Source: Oscillibacter sp.
GTDB taxonomy: Bacteria > Bacillota > Clostridia > Oscillospirales > Oscillospiraceae
Reading direction: 5' to 3'
Length of the DNA: 64,000 bases
NCBI GenBank assembly: GCA_022791135.1
Contig: JAAVYM010000020.1
Span: 9,038-73,037 of the forward strand
Every line of letters begins with the position of its first letter. Within the stretch, counting starts at the first letter, position 1. The position numbers and the translations under genes were made by a program. This document shows positions 48,344 to 57,591 of the stretch, piece after piece. The notes beneath the pieces were generated by a model that had not been told where the DNA came from, did no database searches, and worked only from the letters and a program-made list of their open reading frames with translations.

Positions 48344-50764
48344 ATGAATGATTTCAACCAACGCTACGCCGCCGCCCGCCGGGCGGTGATCGCGAGGGAC
48401 CTCCGGCGGCTGAACCCCATGCAGCGCCAGGCCGCCATGACCACGGAGGGTCCCCTTCTCCTCCTGGCCGGGGCCGGCAGCGGCAAGACCACCGTGCTGA
48501 TTCAGCGGGTGTACACCCTCTTGACCTACGGCCGGGGCAGCGACACGGACTTCGTCCCCCCTGGGATCACGGAGGCGGACCTGGATTTCCTGGAGCATAT
48601 TTCGGACCACCCCGGCGAGGAGGGCCAGGTTCGGCGGCTGTGTGCCGTGGACGTGCCCCGGCCCTGGGAGATCATCGCCATCACTTTCACCAACAAAGCC
48701 GCCGGAGAGCTGAAGGACCGCCTGGCCGCCCGGCTGGGTCCGATGGCCAACAACGTCTGGGCCTCCACCTTCCACTCCGCCTGCGTCCGCATCCTCCGGC
48801 GGGACATCGACCGGCTGGGCTTTGGCAAGGACTTCACCATTTACGACACCGACGACTCCCGCCGGGTCATAAAGGATCTGCTGAAGGAGCTGAACCTGGA
48901 CGAGAAGGCCTTTCCCCCCAAAAACGTCCTCTCCGTCATCAGCGCCGCCAAGGACCAGTACCTGGGTTCAGAGGAGTTTGCCCGAAAGCACAGCGCCGAG
49001 AGCGACTGGCGGCTCGGACGCATTGCCAGGGTCTATCAGGCCTACCAGAAGAAGCTGGCCGCTTCCAACGCCCTGGATTTCGACGACATCATCTACCACA
49101 CCGTCACGCTGCTGCGGCAGGAGCCGGAGGTGCTGGCCTATTACCAGGACAAATTCCGTTACGTGCTGGTGGACGAGTATCAGGACACGAACCATTTGCA
49201 GTACCTGTTGACCAGCCTTCTGGCCGGGGGGCGGAAGAACCTCTGCGTGGTGGGAGACGACGACCAGTCCATCTACCGCTTCCGGGGGGCCAACATCGAA
49301 AACATCCTGAACTTTGAGCGGCAGTATCCCTCGGCCCGGGTCATCCGCCTGGAGCAGAATTACCGCTCCACCCAGAATATCCTGGATGCCGCCAACGCCG
49401 TCATCCGGAATAACACCGGCCGGAAGGGGAAGACCCTCTGGACGGACAACGGCAGCGGCGAGGCCGTCCGGGTCCGCACCACGCTGAACGAGAGCGACGA
49501 GGCCGCCTTTGTAGCGGGGGACATCCTGGCCGAGGCAGGGAAGGGGGCCGGCTTCCAGGACGCCGCCGTGCTCTACCGGATGAACGCCCAGTCCAACGCC
49601 TTGGAGTACGCCTTGAAGCGCAGCGGAATCCCCTACCAGGTGGTGGGGGGCATGAAGTTCTTCGACCGGGCGGAGGTCAAGGACATGCTGGCGTATCTCT
49701 GCGTGCTGAACAACCCCCTGGACGACCTACGGCTCCGCCGCATCGTCAACAGCCCCGCCAGGGGCATCGGGGGGGCGACGATGGACAAGGTGGCCGCCCT
49801 GGCGGCAGAACAGGGAGCCTCCCTCTACGAGGTCATCCGCAACGCAGACCTATTTCCGGCACTGAAGAGCGCCTCTGCCAAGCTCTTGAAGTTCGCTGAT
49901 TTGATCGATGGCCTCCGAAGAGCCGGAGGAATCCTGACCCTGCCGGAGTTTTATGACGCAGTCTGCGAGCAGACCGGCTACGTCCAGGCCCTGAAGGACA
50001 AAAATGACATGGAGAGCCGGGGCCGCCTGGAGAACGTCCAGGAGCTGAAGTCCAATATTCTGGGTTTTTTGGACCAGCAGCCGGAGGACGCCACCCTCTC
50101 CGGCTTTCTCAACGAGATCGCTCTCTACACGGACCTGGACTCCCTGGAGGGCGGCGGCGAGTGCGTCACGCTGATGACCATTCACGCCGCCAAGGGTTTG
50201 GAGTTTCCCCTGGTCTATGTGGTGGGCATGGAGGAGGGGGTCTTCCCCGGCGGCTCGGCCCAGTTTGACGAGGAGGAGCTGGAGGAGGAGCGGCGATTGT
50301 GCTACGTGGCCATGACCCGGGCGAAGCGCCGTCTGACGCTGACCCACGCCCGCCAGCGAATGCTGTATGGCCGCACGTCTGCCAACCCCCTCTCCCGCTT
50401 TTTGGAGGAGATTCCGGAGGAGAACCTGAACTGGGAGGGCAAGTCCCTGGAACCCGGCGGCTCTTTTGGGTCCTATGGGGCCTATGGCCGCCAAGGCGGC
50501 GGACCGTCCAGAAGCGCCGGTACTTACACCGCGACCACTTCTTCCCGCCCTGCCGCTGCGGAAGTCCGCCGCCCCATCGCCGCCCCGCCCATGTCCCTGA
50601 TGGAGGGGGACCGGGTAGAGCACGGGGCCTTTGGCCGGGGAACGGTGCTGTCGGTTCAGCCCATGGGCGGCGACGCCCTGGTCCAGGTGGACTTCGAGGG
50701 CACGGGAAAGAAAAAACTCATGCTGAAGGCCGCGGCGAAGCATTTAAAAAAGCTGGACAAATGA
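48344..50764 (+). CDS. pcrA: ATP-dependent DNA helicase PcrA/UvrD
   Basis: AGAGSGKT, TFTNKAA, DEYQDTN, VGDDDQSIY, HAAKGLEF, EERRLCYVAMTRA, C-terminal Tudor-like domain. Confidence 0.95.
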   Translation: MNDFNQRYAAARRAVIARDLRRLNPMQRQAAMTTEGPLLLLAGAGSGKTTVLIQRVYTLLTYGRGSDTDFVPPGITEADLDFLEHISDHPGEEGQVRRLCAVDVPRPWEIIAITFTNKAAGELKDRLAARLGPMANNVWASTFHSACVRILRRDIDRLGFGKDFTIYDTDDSRRVIKDLLKELNLDEKAFPPKNVLSVISAAKDQYLGSEEFARKHSAESDWRLGRIARVYQAYQKKLAASNALDFDDIIYHTVTLLRQEPEVLAYYQDKFRYVLVDEYQDTNHLQYLLTSLLAGGRKNLCVVGDDDQSIYRFRGANIENILNFERQYPSARVIRLEQNYRSTQNILDAANAVIRNNTGRKGKTLWTDNGSGEAVRVRTTLNESDEAAFVAGDILAEAGKGAGFQDAAVLYRMNAQSNALEYALKRSGIPYQVVGGMKFFDRAEVKDMLAYLCVLNNPLDDLRLRRIVNSPARGIGGATMDKVAALAAEQGASLYEVIRNADLFPALKSASAKLLKFADLIDGLRRAGGILTLPEFYDAVCEQTGYVQALKDKNDMESRGRLENVQELKSNILGFLDQQPEDATLSGFLNEIALYTDLDSLEGGGECVTLMTIHAAKGLEFPLVYVVGMEEGVFPGGSAQFDEEELEEERRLCYVAMTRAKRRLTLTHARQRMLYGRTSANPLSRFLEEIPEENLNWEGKSLEPGGSFGSYGAYGRQGGGPSRSAGTYTATTSSRPAAAEVRRPIAAPPMSLMEGDRVEHGAFGRGTVLSVQPMGGDALVQVDFEGTGKKKLMLKAAAKHLKKLDK

Positions 50765-50827
50765 ACGAAGAAGAGCGCCGGAGGGTTTGTCCTCCGGCGC
50801 TCGTTTGCACTGTTTTTGGATTCCGCT

Positions 50828-51712
50828 TCACCGCCGCTCGCTGCCGCGCTCATAGGCCACCACCACCCGGCGGTTGGGGTCCATACCGGTGGAGTAGGTG
50901 GTGACGCCCTCGTAGTCCTGAAGGGCTGTGTGAATCACGTGCCGTTCATAGGCGTTCATCGGCTCCAGGGTGACGCTGCGGCGGTAGCGGACCACCTTGC
51001 CCGCCACCTTCCGGGCCAGGTGCTGGAGGCTCTGCTCCCGCTTGGCCCGGTAGTTCTCCGCGTCCAGGTGGATGCGGACCCGCGGTCCGCCGCCCCGGTT
51101 CACGGCGTAGCTGGTGAGCTGCTGAATGGCGTCCAGGGTCTCGCCCCGGCGGCCGATCAGCGCGCCCAGGCCCTGTCCCTCCAGGATGACCTTGTACCGT
51201 CCCTTCTCCGGGAGATAGACCTTGATTTCGGCGGCGCTGTTCATGCGCTCCAGCAGGCCGGAGAGGAACTCCTTAATCGCCTGGGCCTTCTCGTCGTCCA
51301 CTTCTTCGCCCAGGGCTGCGGGAACCGGCGGTTCCATCTCCCGAGCAGGCCGCTCTGAGGGCGTGGGACGCTCTTTTTTCTCTGGGGGTGCAGGACGCTC
51401 TTTCTTCTCCGGAGGAGCGGGGCGCTCCTTTCGCTCGGTCCGCTCACGGCGCTCCGGGGCAGGGCGGCGGGGGGGCGCTTCCGGTTCCGCACGGGGAGGC
51501 TCCGGCTCTTTTACAGCGGCAGGGGCGGGTTCCTCCTCAGGCCCATAGTACACGCGGATCTTTGCCGGGCAGGCCCCCAGGCCCAAGAAGCCGGATTTGG
51601 CCCGCTCCAAAACTTCCACGGACACGTCGTCCCGGTCCAGGTTCAGCTGGGCCAGGGCCTTGGAGATGGCCTCATCCTCATTCTTGCCGGTCACATCAAT
51701 AAAGTCTCTCAT
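50828..51712 (-). CDS. jag: Jag/EloR (KhpB) RNA-binding protein
   Basis: Jag_N, KH LIGRRGETLDAIQ, R3H ERHVIHTAL. Confidence 0.93.
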   Translation of the reverse strand: MRDFIDVTGKNEDEAISKALAQLNLDRDDVSVEVLERAKSGFLGLGACPAKIRVYYGPEEEPAPAAVKEPEPPRAEPEAPPRRPAPERRERTERKERPAPPEKKERPAPPEKKERPTPSERPAREMEPPVPAALGEEVDDEKAQAIKEFLSGLLERMNSAAEIKVYLPEKGRYKVILEGQGLGALIGRRGETLDAIQQLTSYAVNRGGGPRVRIHLDAENYRAKREQSLQHLARKVAGKVVRYRRSVTLEPMNAYERHVIHTALQDYEGVTTYSTGMDPNRRVVVAYERGSERR

Positions 51713-51727
51713 GTCGGCTGTCCACCT

Positions 51728-52888
51728 TTACGTTTCGTCATAGCGGTCTGGTTTATAGGCCCGCCCTCTGGCATAGGGCCGGTCTCCCACCCGGCCGGCC
51801 TCCGTGGTGGCGGTTCCGGCCCTGGCGGCTTTGGCGGCCTTGGCCTCCCGGGCGGCCTGCTGTTTTTCCTTCAGGGTCTGCTTCTGGGCGGCCTGCTGGC
51901 GCTGCTGCTCCTGGAGGAGCTTTGCCTCCTCCATCTTCCTTTTCCGCTCAGCCTGACGGGCCTCGTAGCGGGCATTCTCCTCTTCCTCCAGCTTCTTGTT
52001 GAAGAACTTGCCCATCAGGAACTCCTGCACAGCGGAGAAGCCGCTTTGGGCGATCCAGTAGATGCCCAGGGCCGCCGGCATGGTGAAGGCGATATACACG
52101 GAGAACAGGGGCATGAACATCATCATGCGGTTGGCGCTGGCGGCGGAGGGATCTGCGGAGGGCTGGTGCTTCATGGAGATCTTGGTAAACAGCAGCTGGC
52201 TCCCGCCCGCCAGGATGGGAATGAGCACCAGGCCGATGGCGGCCCAGGTGAAGCTGAAGTTCTTCACCATGCTCCAGGGGTCCGCCGCCATATCCAGGCC
52301 AAAGGAGATATAGTTTACATTGATCCAGCCGGGCACGGACTCGCCCACCTCCGGCATCTGGGAGGCGATGGTCTTGACCAGGTCAATCTGCCCATAGGGC
52401 AAAAGCTGGGTAACCCCGTCCCGGACCACGGCGGCCCCTTCCTTCATCTGGACGATTTTGCTCACGTCCAGCCCGGCCTGGGTCACCACGTCCACCATCT
52501 GCTGCACCACGTCCTGGCTGAGCGTCATAAAGTGGGTGATGGGCTGGCGGATGATGGAGTACAGCGCCAGCATGATCGGCAGGGGCAAAAAGCTCCAAAG
52601 GCAGCCGGACATAGGGCTGACGCCCTCTTCGGCGTAGAGCTTCTGGACCTCCTCGGCCTGTTTGGTCTGGTTGTTGGCGTATTTCTTCTGAATTTCCTGA
52701 AGCCGGCCGGACATGCGGCTCATGCGCATCATGCTCTTTTTGGACTTCATCTGGAAAGGCAGCATCAAAAGCTTGACCACCAGGGTGAAGAGGATGATGG
52801 CCATGCCATAGGAATTGGTCAGGTTGTAAAAAAGCCGGACCAGCCAGGCAAAGGGGATACAGATGTAGTATCCAATGGTTGAAAACAT
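51728..52888 (-). CDS. yidC: Membrane protein insertase YidC
   Basis: YGMAIILFT, P..GCL, PAALGIYW; synteny with yidD/rnpA. Confidence 0.93.
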   Translation of the reverse strand: MFSTIGYYICIPFAWLVRLFYNLTNSYGMAIILFTLVVKLLMLPFQMKSKKSMMRMSRMSGRLQEIQKKYANNQTKQAEEVQKLYAEEGVSPMSGCLWSFLPLPIMLALYSIIRQPITHFMTLSQDVVQQMVDVVTQAGLDVSKIVQMKEGAAVVRDGVTQLLPYGQIDLVKTIASQMPEVGESVPGWINVNYISFGLDMAADPWSMVKNFSFTWAAIGLVLIPILAGGSQLLFTKISMKHQPSADPSAASANRMMMFMPLFSVYIAFTMPAALGIYWIAQSGFSAVQEFLMGKFFNKKLEEEENARYEARQAERKRKMEEAKLLQEQQRQQAAQKQTLKEKQQAAREAKAAKAARAGTATTEAGRVGDRPYARGRAYKPDRYDET

Positions 52889-53079
52889 AACTTGTTCCTC
52901 TCAAACTAAAGTGGCGTTCCCGCCGGAGGGTTCAGGGGCAAACGCTTTCCGCCGGAGGCGGAAAATCGATGATAATCATTTTCCCGCCGGCACGCGCATC
53001 AGGAAAATGCCGCAGCCTCAGCCGCCCTGGGCGGCGTCTTCAGCCCGAAAGCCGAAGCGGAGAGTCGCCCCTCTTTTCC

Positions 53080-53289
53080 CTACGGCACAGGGTCATACCC
53101 CCCTTTGTGAAAGGGGTTGCATCGGAGTATCCGTTTGAACGCGAGCCAGCTCCCCTTTACCGCGCCATACTTCTCCAGGGCCTCCAGGGCATACTGGGAG
53201 CAGGTGGGGATGTAATTGCAGCACCGGGGGCGGCAGGGGGAGATATTCCGCTGGTAAAAGCGCACCAGCCAGATCAAAACCCGCTTCAT
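53080..53289 (-). CDS. yidD: Membrane protein insertion efficiency factor YidD
   Basis: [29 protein letters not shown]. Confidence 0.95.
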   Translation of the reverse strand: MKRVLIWLVRFYQRNISPCRPRCCNYIPTCSQYALEALEKYGAVKGSWLAFKRILRCNPFHKGGYDPVP

Positions 53290-53630
53290 GGCTTGTCCCC
53301 CAAAAGGTCCAGCTTCCGGCACAGGCGGAAGAAGGTGTCGTTCAGTTCCCCCCAAGGGGCCGTCAACGTCCGGTTCCGGGCCACCAGGACGATGTCCCAC
53401 CCCTGGCGGAGGCGGAGGCTGTTCAGCCGGTAGACCTCCCGCAGGCGGCGGCGCGCGCGGTTTCGCTTCACGGCGTTGCCCAGCTTCACGGAGACCGTGA
53501 CGCCCAGGCGGTTGTGCCCCAGGCGGTTTTTCCGGCAGTAGAGCACCATGCCGCCCCCCACTGCCGACGCGCCCTTCTGGTACAGGCGGCGGAACTCATA
53601 ATTTTGTTTCAGCGTGACGGCCGCTTTCAT
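53286..53630 (-). CDS. rnpA: Ribonuclease P protein component
   Basis: [25 protein letters not shown]. Confidence 0.95.
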   Translation of the reverse strand: MKAAVTLKQNYEFRRLYQKGASAVGGGMVLYCRKNRLGHNRLGVTVSVKLGNAVKRNRARRRLREVYRLNSLRLRQGWDIVLVARNRTLTAPWGELNDTFFRLCRKLDLLGDKP

Positions 53631-53729
53631 AAGCCCTTCCCCCCTGCGGAAAACCGGCACAAGGGACGGAGGAATCCAAAAAATTCCAGCCGCCCCTGTC
53701 AGGACCCGTGTTCAAGTGTCTCCCGCCGC

Positions 53730-53870
53730 TCAATAGGAGAGGCGTGCGCGGCCCTTGGCGCGGCGGCGGGCCAGAACCTTGCGGCCGTTGGCGGTAGCCA
53801 TGCGCTTGCGGAAGCCGTGGACCTTCTGGCCATGGAGCTTCTTGGGCTGATAGGTACGTTTCGTTGCCAT
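53730..53870 (-). CDS. rpmH: 50S ribosomal protein L34
   Basis: [30 protein letters not shown]. Confidence 0.97.
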   Translation of the reverse strand: MATKRTYQPKKLHGQKVHGFRKRMATANGRKVLARRRAKGRARLSY

Positions 53871-54003
53871 GCTGAGACACCTCCTGTCCATATTCCGTCC
53901 GCCCAATCGATAGAGAATCCGGGCGGCTCTTTCCCAACACCGCCTGCCCGCTGGGGCAGACGGCGCGGCAGACAACATTACCGCGTCATTCGACGCGTAG
54001 ATT

Positions 54004-54033
54004 AGTATAGCATAGTTCTTGAAACGGTGTCAA
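54004..54033 (-). promoter_or_regulatory. SigA promoter of the rpmH operon
   Basis: Minus strand TTGACA-N18-TATACT with extended TG. Confidence 0.7.
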
Positions 54034-54231
54034 TAAAAACTTGGAAGAATTCCGCGCAAAACGCCTAAAACCGGGTCTTTCCCCGGCGAAAGCAGGGAAA
54101 ACCCGGTCCAGGTCCGCCGCCTTGTTTCGAAGTTCACATAACGAGGTTTACATAAAGCGCATGCCGTGGCAACGGACCCGGAGAGCCTTCCCCCTCCGGG
54201 TCCGTTCCTTGCCCGCTGAGAACGCGCCGGC

Positions 54232-56070
54232 TTACTCTCCCCAGTACCGGACGCTCCACTGCCACACATCCGACTGGAGGGTAAAGACCCGAAGGTCCCC
54301 GTCCTCCACCTGCCCGAACCACACCGCCCCATTGGCGGCGGAGGCCAGGCCGCTGCCGTCGGCGAAGGGTTCCGGGTCCGCCCGGAGGTCCGCCGCCAGA
54401 GTGGCCCCGGCAGATGCGTCGTAGTGTTCCAAAAACTCCTCCGGCGTGTTGACAATCCACTCGCCGCCGGGGGTCTTCACCTGGGCGGGGTAGGTCAGGA
54501 GGCTTGCGACCTCCTCCTTTTTTCCACCGGCGAGGAGGTCCGCCAGGTTCCGGACGAAGTCCCGCCCTACGCCGGCGGCAATTCCCGTCCGCACATACAG
54601 CGCATCCTCCCCGGGGGCCGGAGAATCCGCCCCGCCGGTCCCGGCCCGGACAGCAGCCTGGTCTGTCTGGATGGTAAAGATGCGGATGACGCTCTCTTCC
54701 ACCAGGCCGAACCACACGGCCCCGTCCGCCACGGCGGCCAGCCCGCTGCCGTCGCTGAAAATCCACGACTCCGCAGGGGTGGGTTCCCAGGTCATGGCCG
54801 TGGAGAGGCCCAGGCGATTTTGCCCAATGACCTCGTCATAATAGGGCAGGAACTCCTCCGCTGAGTTCACCGTGAAGGTTCCGGAAGCCACCTCCACCTG
54901 AGCGGGATAGACCAAGAGGTCCGCCACTTCTTCCTTCCGCCCCTCCTCGATCCGCTCCGCCAGCAGAAGGACGAAGTCCCGGGCTGCGTCGGCCTGCATG
55001 CCCGTGCGGGCATAGAGCGGGTCCTCGGATTCCGCCGGAGTGGCCTCAATGGGCTGGTTTTCCAGCTCCTCCATGTACCGGGTGTTGCTGCTCAGAATGG
55101 CGTCCAGGTCCGGCTCCCGGACCGGCGTCAGCGCGGAGTAGACAAAGCTGTCCGCCAGCTCCTCCAGCTCCTCCCGGCCAATAGCCCCGGAAGAAAAGGT
55201 ATCGTCCCCCTCCCGGCCCGTCAGCACGTTCACCAGCACAAAGCTGTCTCCCAGGTCCGCCAGAATCAGCGAACGGTTCCGGGTTCCCAGGCCCAGGGTG
55301 ACGGGAGTCCCGTCCGCCGCCTGATAGCCCCACTCCTCAAAGTCGCTGAGGTCGCCGATATTCAGCGCCACGTCGTCAAAGGTCCCCTTTACGGACCGGC
55401 TGAATTGGTACTCGATGGTCCCATAGCCCTTCAGCTCCCCCGCCCCCAGCTCCGCGTTGCCGTCGAAGCGGAAAGTGCCGTTTTCATAGATATAGCCGGA
55501 ATAGGGCGCCACATTTTCCTTGAAAAAGTCTCCCACAGCTGTGGGCCAGGTCTCCGGCAGGACCACCTCCATCCACGTATGGAGCTTTAGGTCATACTTC
55601 GCGATAATTTCCTCCAGCTTGTCGGCCATCTCCTGGGTGTAGACCAGATAAAAACCATAGCGGTCCTCAAAGCCTGTGGGTTCGTTGCCGATCTTGCTGA
55701 TGATAGCCCCGTCCTGGTCATAGCTCTCCAGGAACGCCTCCCACTCGGCCAGGGCCTTGCTCTCCGGGGTGTCCCCCCAGCCGGAGAGGCTGACGAAATC
55801 CTTGAACTCATACTCTCCGGGAACCACCACGCCGTTTTCGTCCGTCACGTTGACGCTGCCCTTCTCCGGCAGCAGCACGTCCCGCAGGCCGAAAAAGTTG
55901 GACGCCACCGCCAGGACGGACAGCGCCGCCAGCAGGGCGGCTGCCGCCGCCAGGGTCACGACCCATTTCAGGTTCCTTCCGCGTCTTGCCATCTCAAAAT
56001 CCTCCCATTTGATTTTCCTGGACCCATGGACCTGGGAGAAGGTCTCCTGGTAAAATTCCCGGTTACTCAT
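54232..56070 (-). CDS. Putative anti-sigma factor with tandem duplicated C-terminal domain
   Basis: Overlaps the sigma stop; N-terminal cytoplasmic segment plus TM; two repeats of about 125 aa (ED.LY.RTG..YPAQV..DGSGLA..GAVWFG). Confidence 0.8.
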   Translation of the reverse strand: MSNREFYQETFSQVHGSRKIKWEDFEMARRGRNLKWVVTLAAAAALLAALSVLAVASNFFGLRDVLLPEKGSVNVTDENGVVVPGEYEFKDFVSLSGWGDTPESKALAEWEAFLESYDQDGAIISKIGNEPTGFEDRYGFYLVYTQEMADKLEEIIAKYDLKLHTWMEVVLPETWPTAVGDFFKENVAPYSGYIYENGTFRFDGNAELGAGELKGYGTIEYQFSRSVKGTFDDVALNIGDLSDFEEWGYQAADGTPVTLGLGTRNRSLILADLGDSFVLVNVLTGREGDDTFSSGAIGREELEELADSFVYSALTPVREPDLDAILSSNTRYMEELENQPIEATPAESEDPLYARTGMQADAARDFVLLLAERIEEGRKEEVADLLVYPAQVEVASGTFTVNSAEEFLPYYDEVIGQNRLGLSTAMTWEPTPAESWIFSDGSGLAAVADGAVWFGLVEESVIRIFTIQTDQAAVRAGTGGADSPAPGEDALYVRTGIAAGVGRDFVRNLADLLAGGKKEEVASLLTYPAQVKTPGGEWIVNTPEEFLEHYDASAGATLAADLRADPEPFADGSGLASAANGAVWFGQVEDGDLRVFTLQSDVWQWSVRYWGE

Positions 56071-56545
56071 CCTGCCAGTCCTCCCCCAATCGTTCTTTCA
56101 GCCTCTGCCGCGCCCGGGCCAGGCGGGTGGTCACCGTGGAGGCCGCCGTCCCCAGCAGCTGCGCAATCTCCCGGACGCTGAGTTCCTCATAATAAAAAAG
56201 GTTCAGCACCGTGCGGTACTTCTCCGGCAGGGCCATGACCTCCCGGTAGAGCGCCGCCTGTTCCGGCCGGTCGAACACCGGCGTCTCCGGGACCTCCTCC
56301 CAAGAGAGCCGCCGCCTGCGCCAGGGGCTTCGCAGCACATCCCGGCAGTAGTTCACCGTCACCCGCAGCAACCATCGCCGCAGGTGCTCCTCACTTGCAA
56401 AGGCTCCCTGCTCCTTAAAGAGGCGCAGAAACACCTCCTGCACGGCGTCGTCCGCATCCTGGGAGCTGCCCAGGCTGTGGAGGGCCGTGCGGTAAACGGT
56501 ATTTTGATAGCGCTCAACGGCGGCGGTAAAGCGAGCTTTGTCCAT
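56063..56545 (-). CDS. ECF sigma-70 family factor (SigV/SigW-like)
   Basis: DADDAVQEVFLRL, LPEKYR..LFYYEELS..TVTTRL.RAR. Confidence 0.93.
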   Translation of the reverse strand: MDKARFTAAVERYQNTVYRTALHSLGSSQDADDAVQEVFLRLFKEQGAFASEEHLRRWLLRVTVNYCRDVLRSPWRRRRLSWEEVPETPVFDRPEQAALYREVMALPEKYRTVLNLFYYEELSVREIAQLLGTAASTVTTRLARARQRLKERLGEDWQDE

Positions 56546-56592
56546 AGGTCGACCTCACGGCTTGAATTGGTTGGGAGTACTCTCACTTACAA

Positions 56593-56619
56593 TACGATTG
56601 GGGAGGGGGAGTTGTCTCA
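56593..56619 (-). promoter_or_regulatory. Putative autoregulatory ECF promoter
   Basis: Minus strand TGAGAC-N17-CGTA. Confidence 0.6.
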
Positions 56620-56840
56620 GCATTTTGGCAAGTTTTAAAAAATCGCCACGTATGGCATGGCTGTGGCCAGGCGGGAAGCCTCCACAACCAGGAGGGTCCG
56701 AAAAAAGCTGCCTCAAGTCAGAGTCCGCCTGCGGACTCAACGCCCTGGCCTGCGAGATTTTTCCGGCGCGGAGAGAGCGCGGCATGCGGCCCGCCAAGAA
56801 CGATAAAGGGACCGCTTACGCGGTCCCTTCTGTTTTCGTT

Positions 56841-57350
56841 TTACCGGGCCTCCAGCCGTTCCTGAAAGCCCAGGGATTTTCCCAGCACCCGCGCCAGGGG
56901 TATGCCCAGGAGGTAGCAGGCCGCCGCCTCCCCCAGCCCTACGGTCAGAGCACTGAGTCCAAAAGCAGGCCAGAAGGCCCCGCCCTCCCGCACGGTGAAC
57001 CAGGCGATCTCAGCGCCCACAATGACGGCATTGCAGACCACCGGCGGCAGCGCTGCCAGCCACAGATTGGGCATCCGGCGGGTCCATAGCGCCGCCAGCA
57101 GCGTCGCCAGGGTACCGAAAACCCAGTCCAGCATAATCGGCGAACCCAGCAGGTTCGCCAGGAAGCAGCCTACCGCCAGGCCGGGGATGGCCTCCGGGAA
57201 GAGGAAGGGCAGCACCGTCATGGCCTCCGCCACACGAAATTGGACACCCATGTACTGCGGAATAGGCAGGAACAAGGTGGCCATCGTGTAGACGGCGGCA
57301 ATCAGACCGGCCACGGCCAGCTGCCAGGTGGTGAAACGAGTTTTACGCAT
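56841..57350 (-). CDS. queT: QueT family transporter
   Basis: IAAVY..VQFRVAEAMTVLP..GCFLAN..DWVFGTLAT..PPVVCNAVIVG. Confidence 0.88.
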   Translation of the reverse strand: MRKTRFTTWQLAVAGLIAAVYTMATLFLPIPQYMGVQFRVAEAMTVLPFLFPEAIPGLAVGCFLANLLGSPIMLDWVFGTLATLLAALWTRRMPNLWLAALPPVVCNAVIVGAEIAWFTVREGGAFWPAFGLSALTVGLGEAAACYLLGIPLARVLGKSLGFQERLEAR

Positions 57351-57359
57351 GATGAAATT

Positions 57360-57435
57360 CCTCCATTTTTTTAGTCTGTCCCTTTCAGCCCGCCTGAGGC
57401 GGGGTCGGGGCCGGCAGGGTGATGGCACCTGCCGG
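57360..57435 (-). ncRNA. Putative preQ1-I (type III-like) riboswitch with inserted hairpin
   Basis: CCGGCAGG-TGCCATCAC-CCTGCCGG stem-loop; A-rich tail AAAAAAATGGAGG can pair (ATGG/CCAT) over the SD; upstream of queT. Confidence 0.7.
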
Positions 57436-57505
57436 GGCTGAGTATAGCATAGGACCGGAAAAAACACAAGGGAAAAATTCCCGTGTCAAAAAACGTCAAA
57501 AACGC

Positions 57506-57560
57506 TTGACGAAAATCAAAACCTGTCCTATACTACATAAAGTTTAACGTTTGCGCAAAC
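57506..57560 (+). promoter_or_regulatory. SigA promoter and palindromic operator of the LacI gene
   Basis: TTGACG-N17-TATACT followed by the palindrome GTTTGCGCAAAC (57549-57560). Confidence 0.7.
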
Positions 57561-57591
57561 CGATTTTGCTTTTACGTAAAGGGATTCCGTC

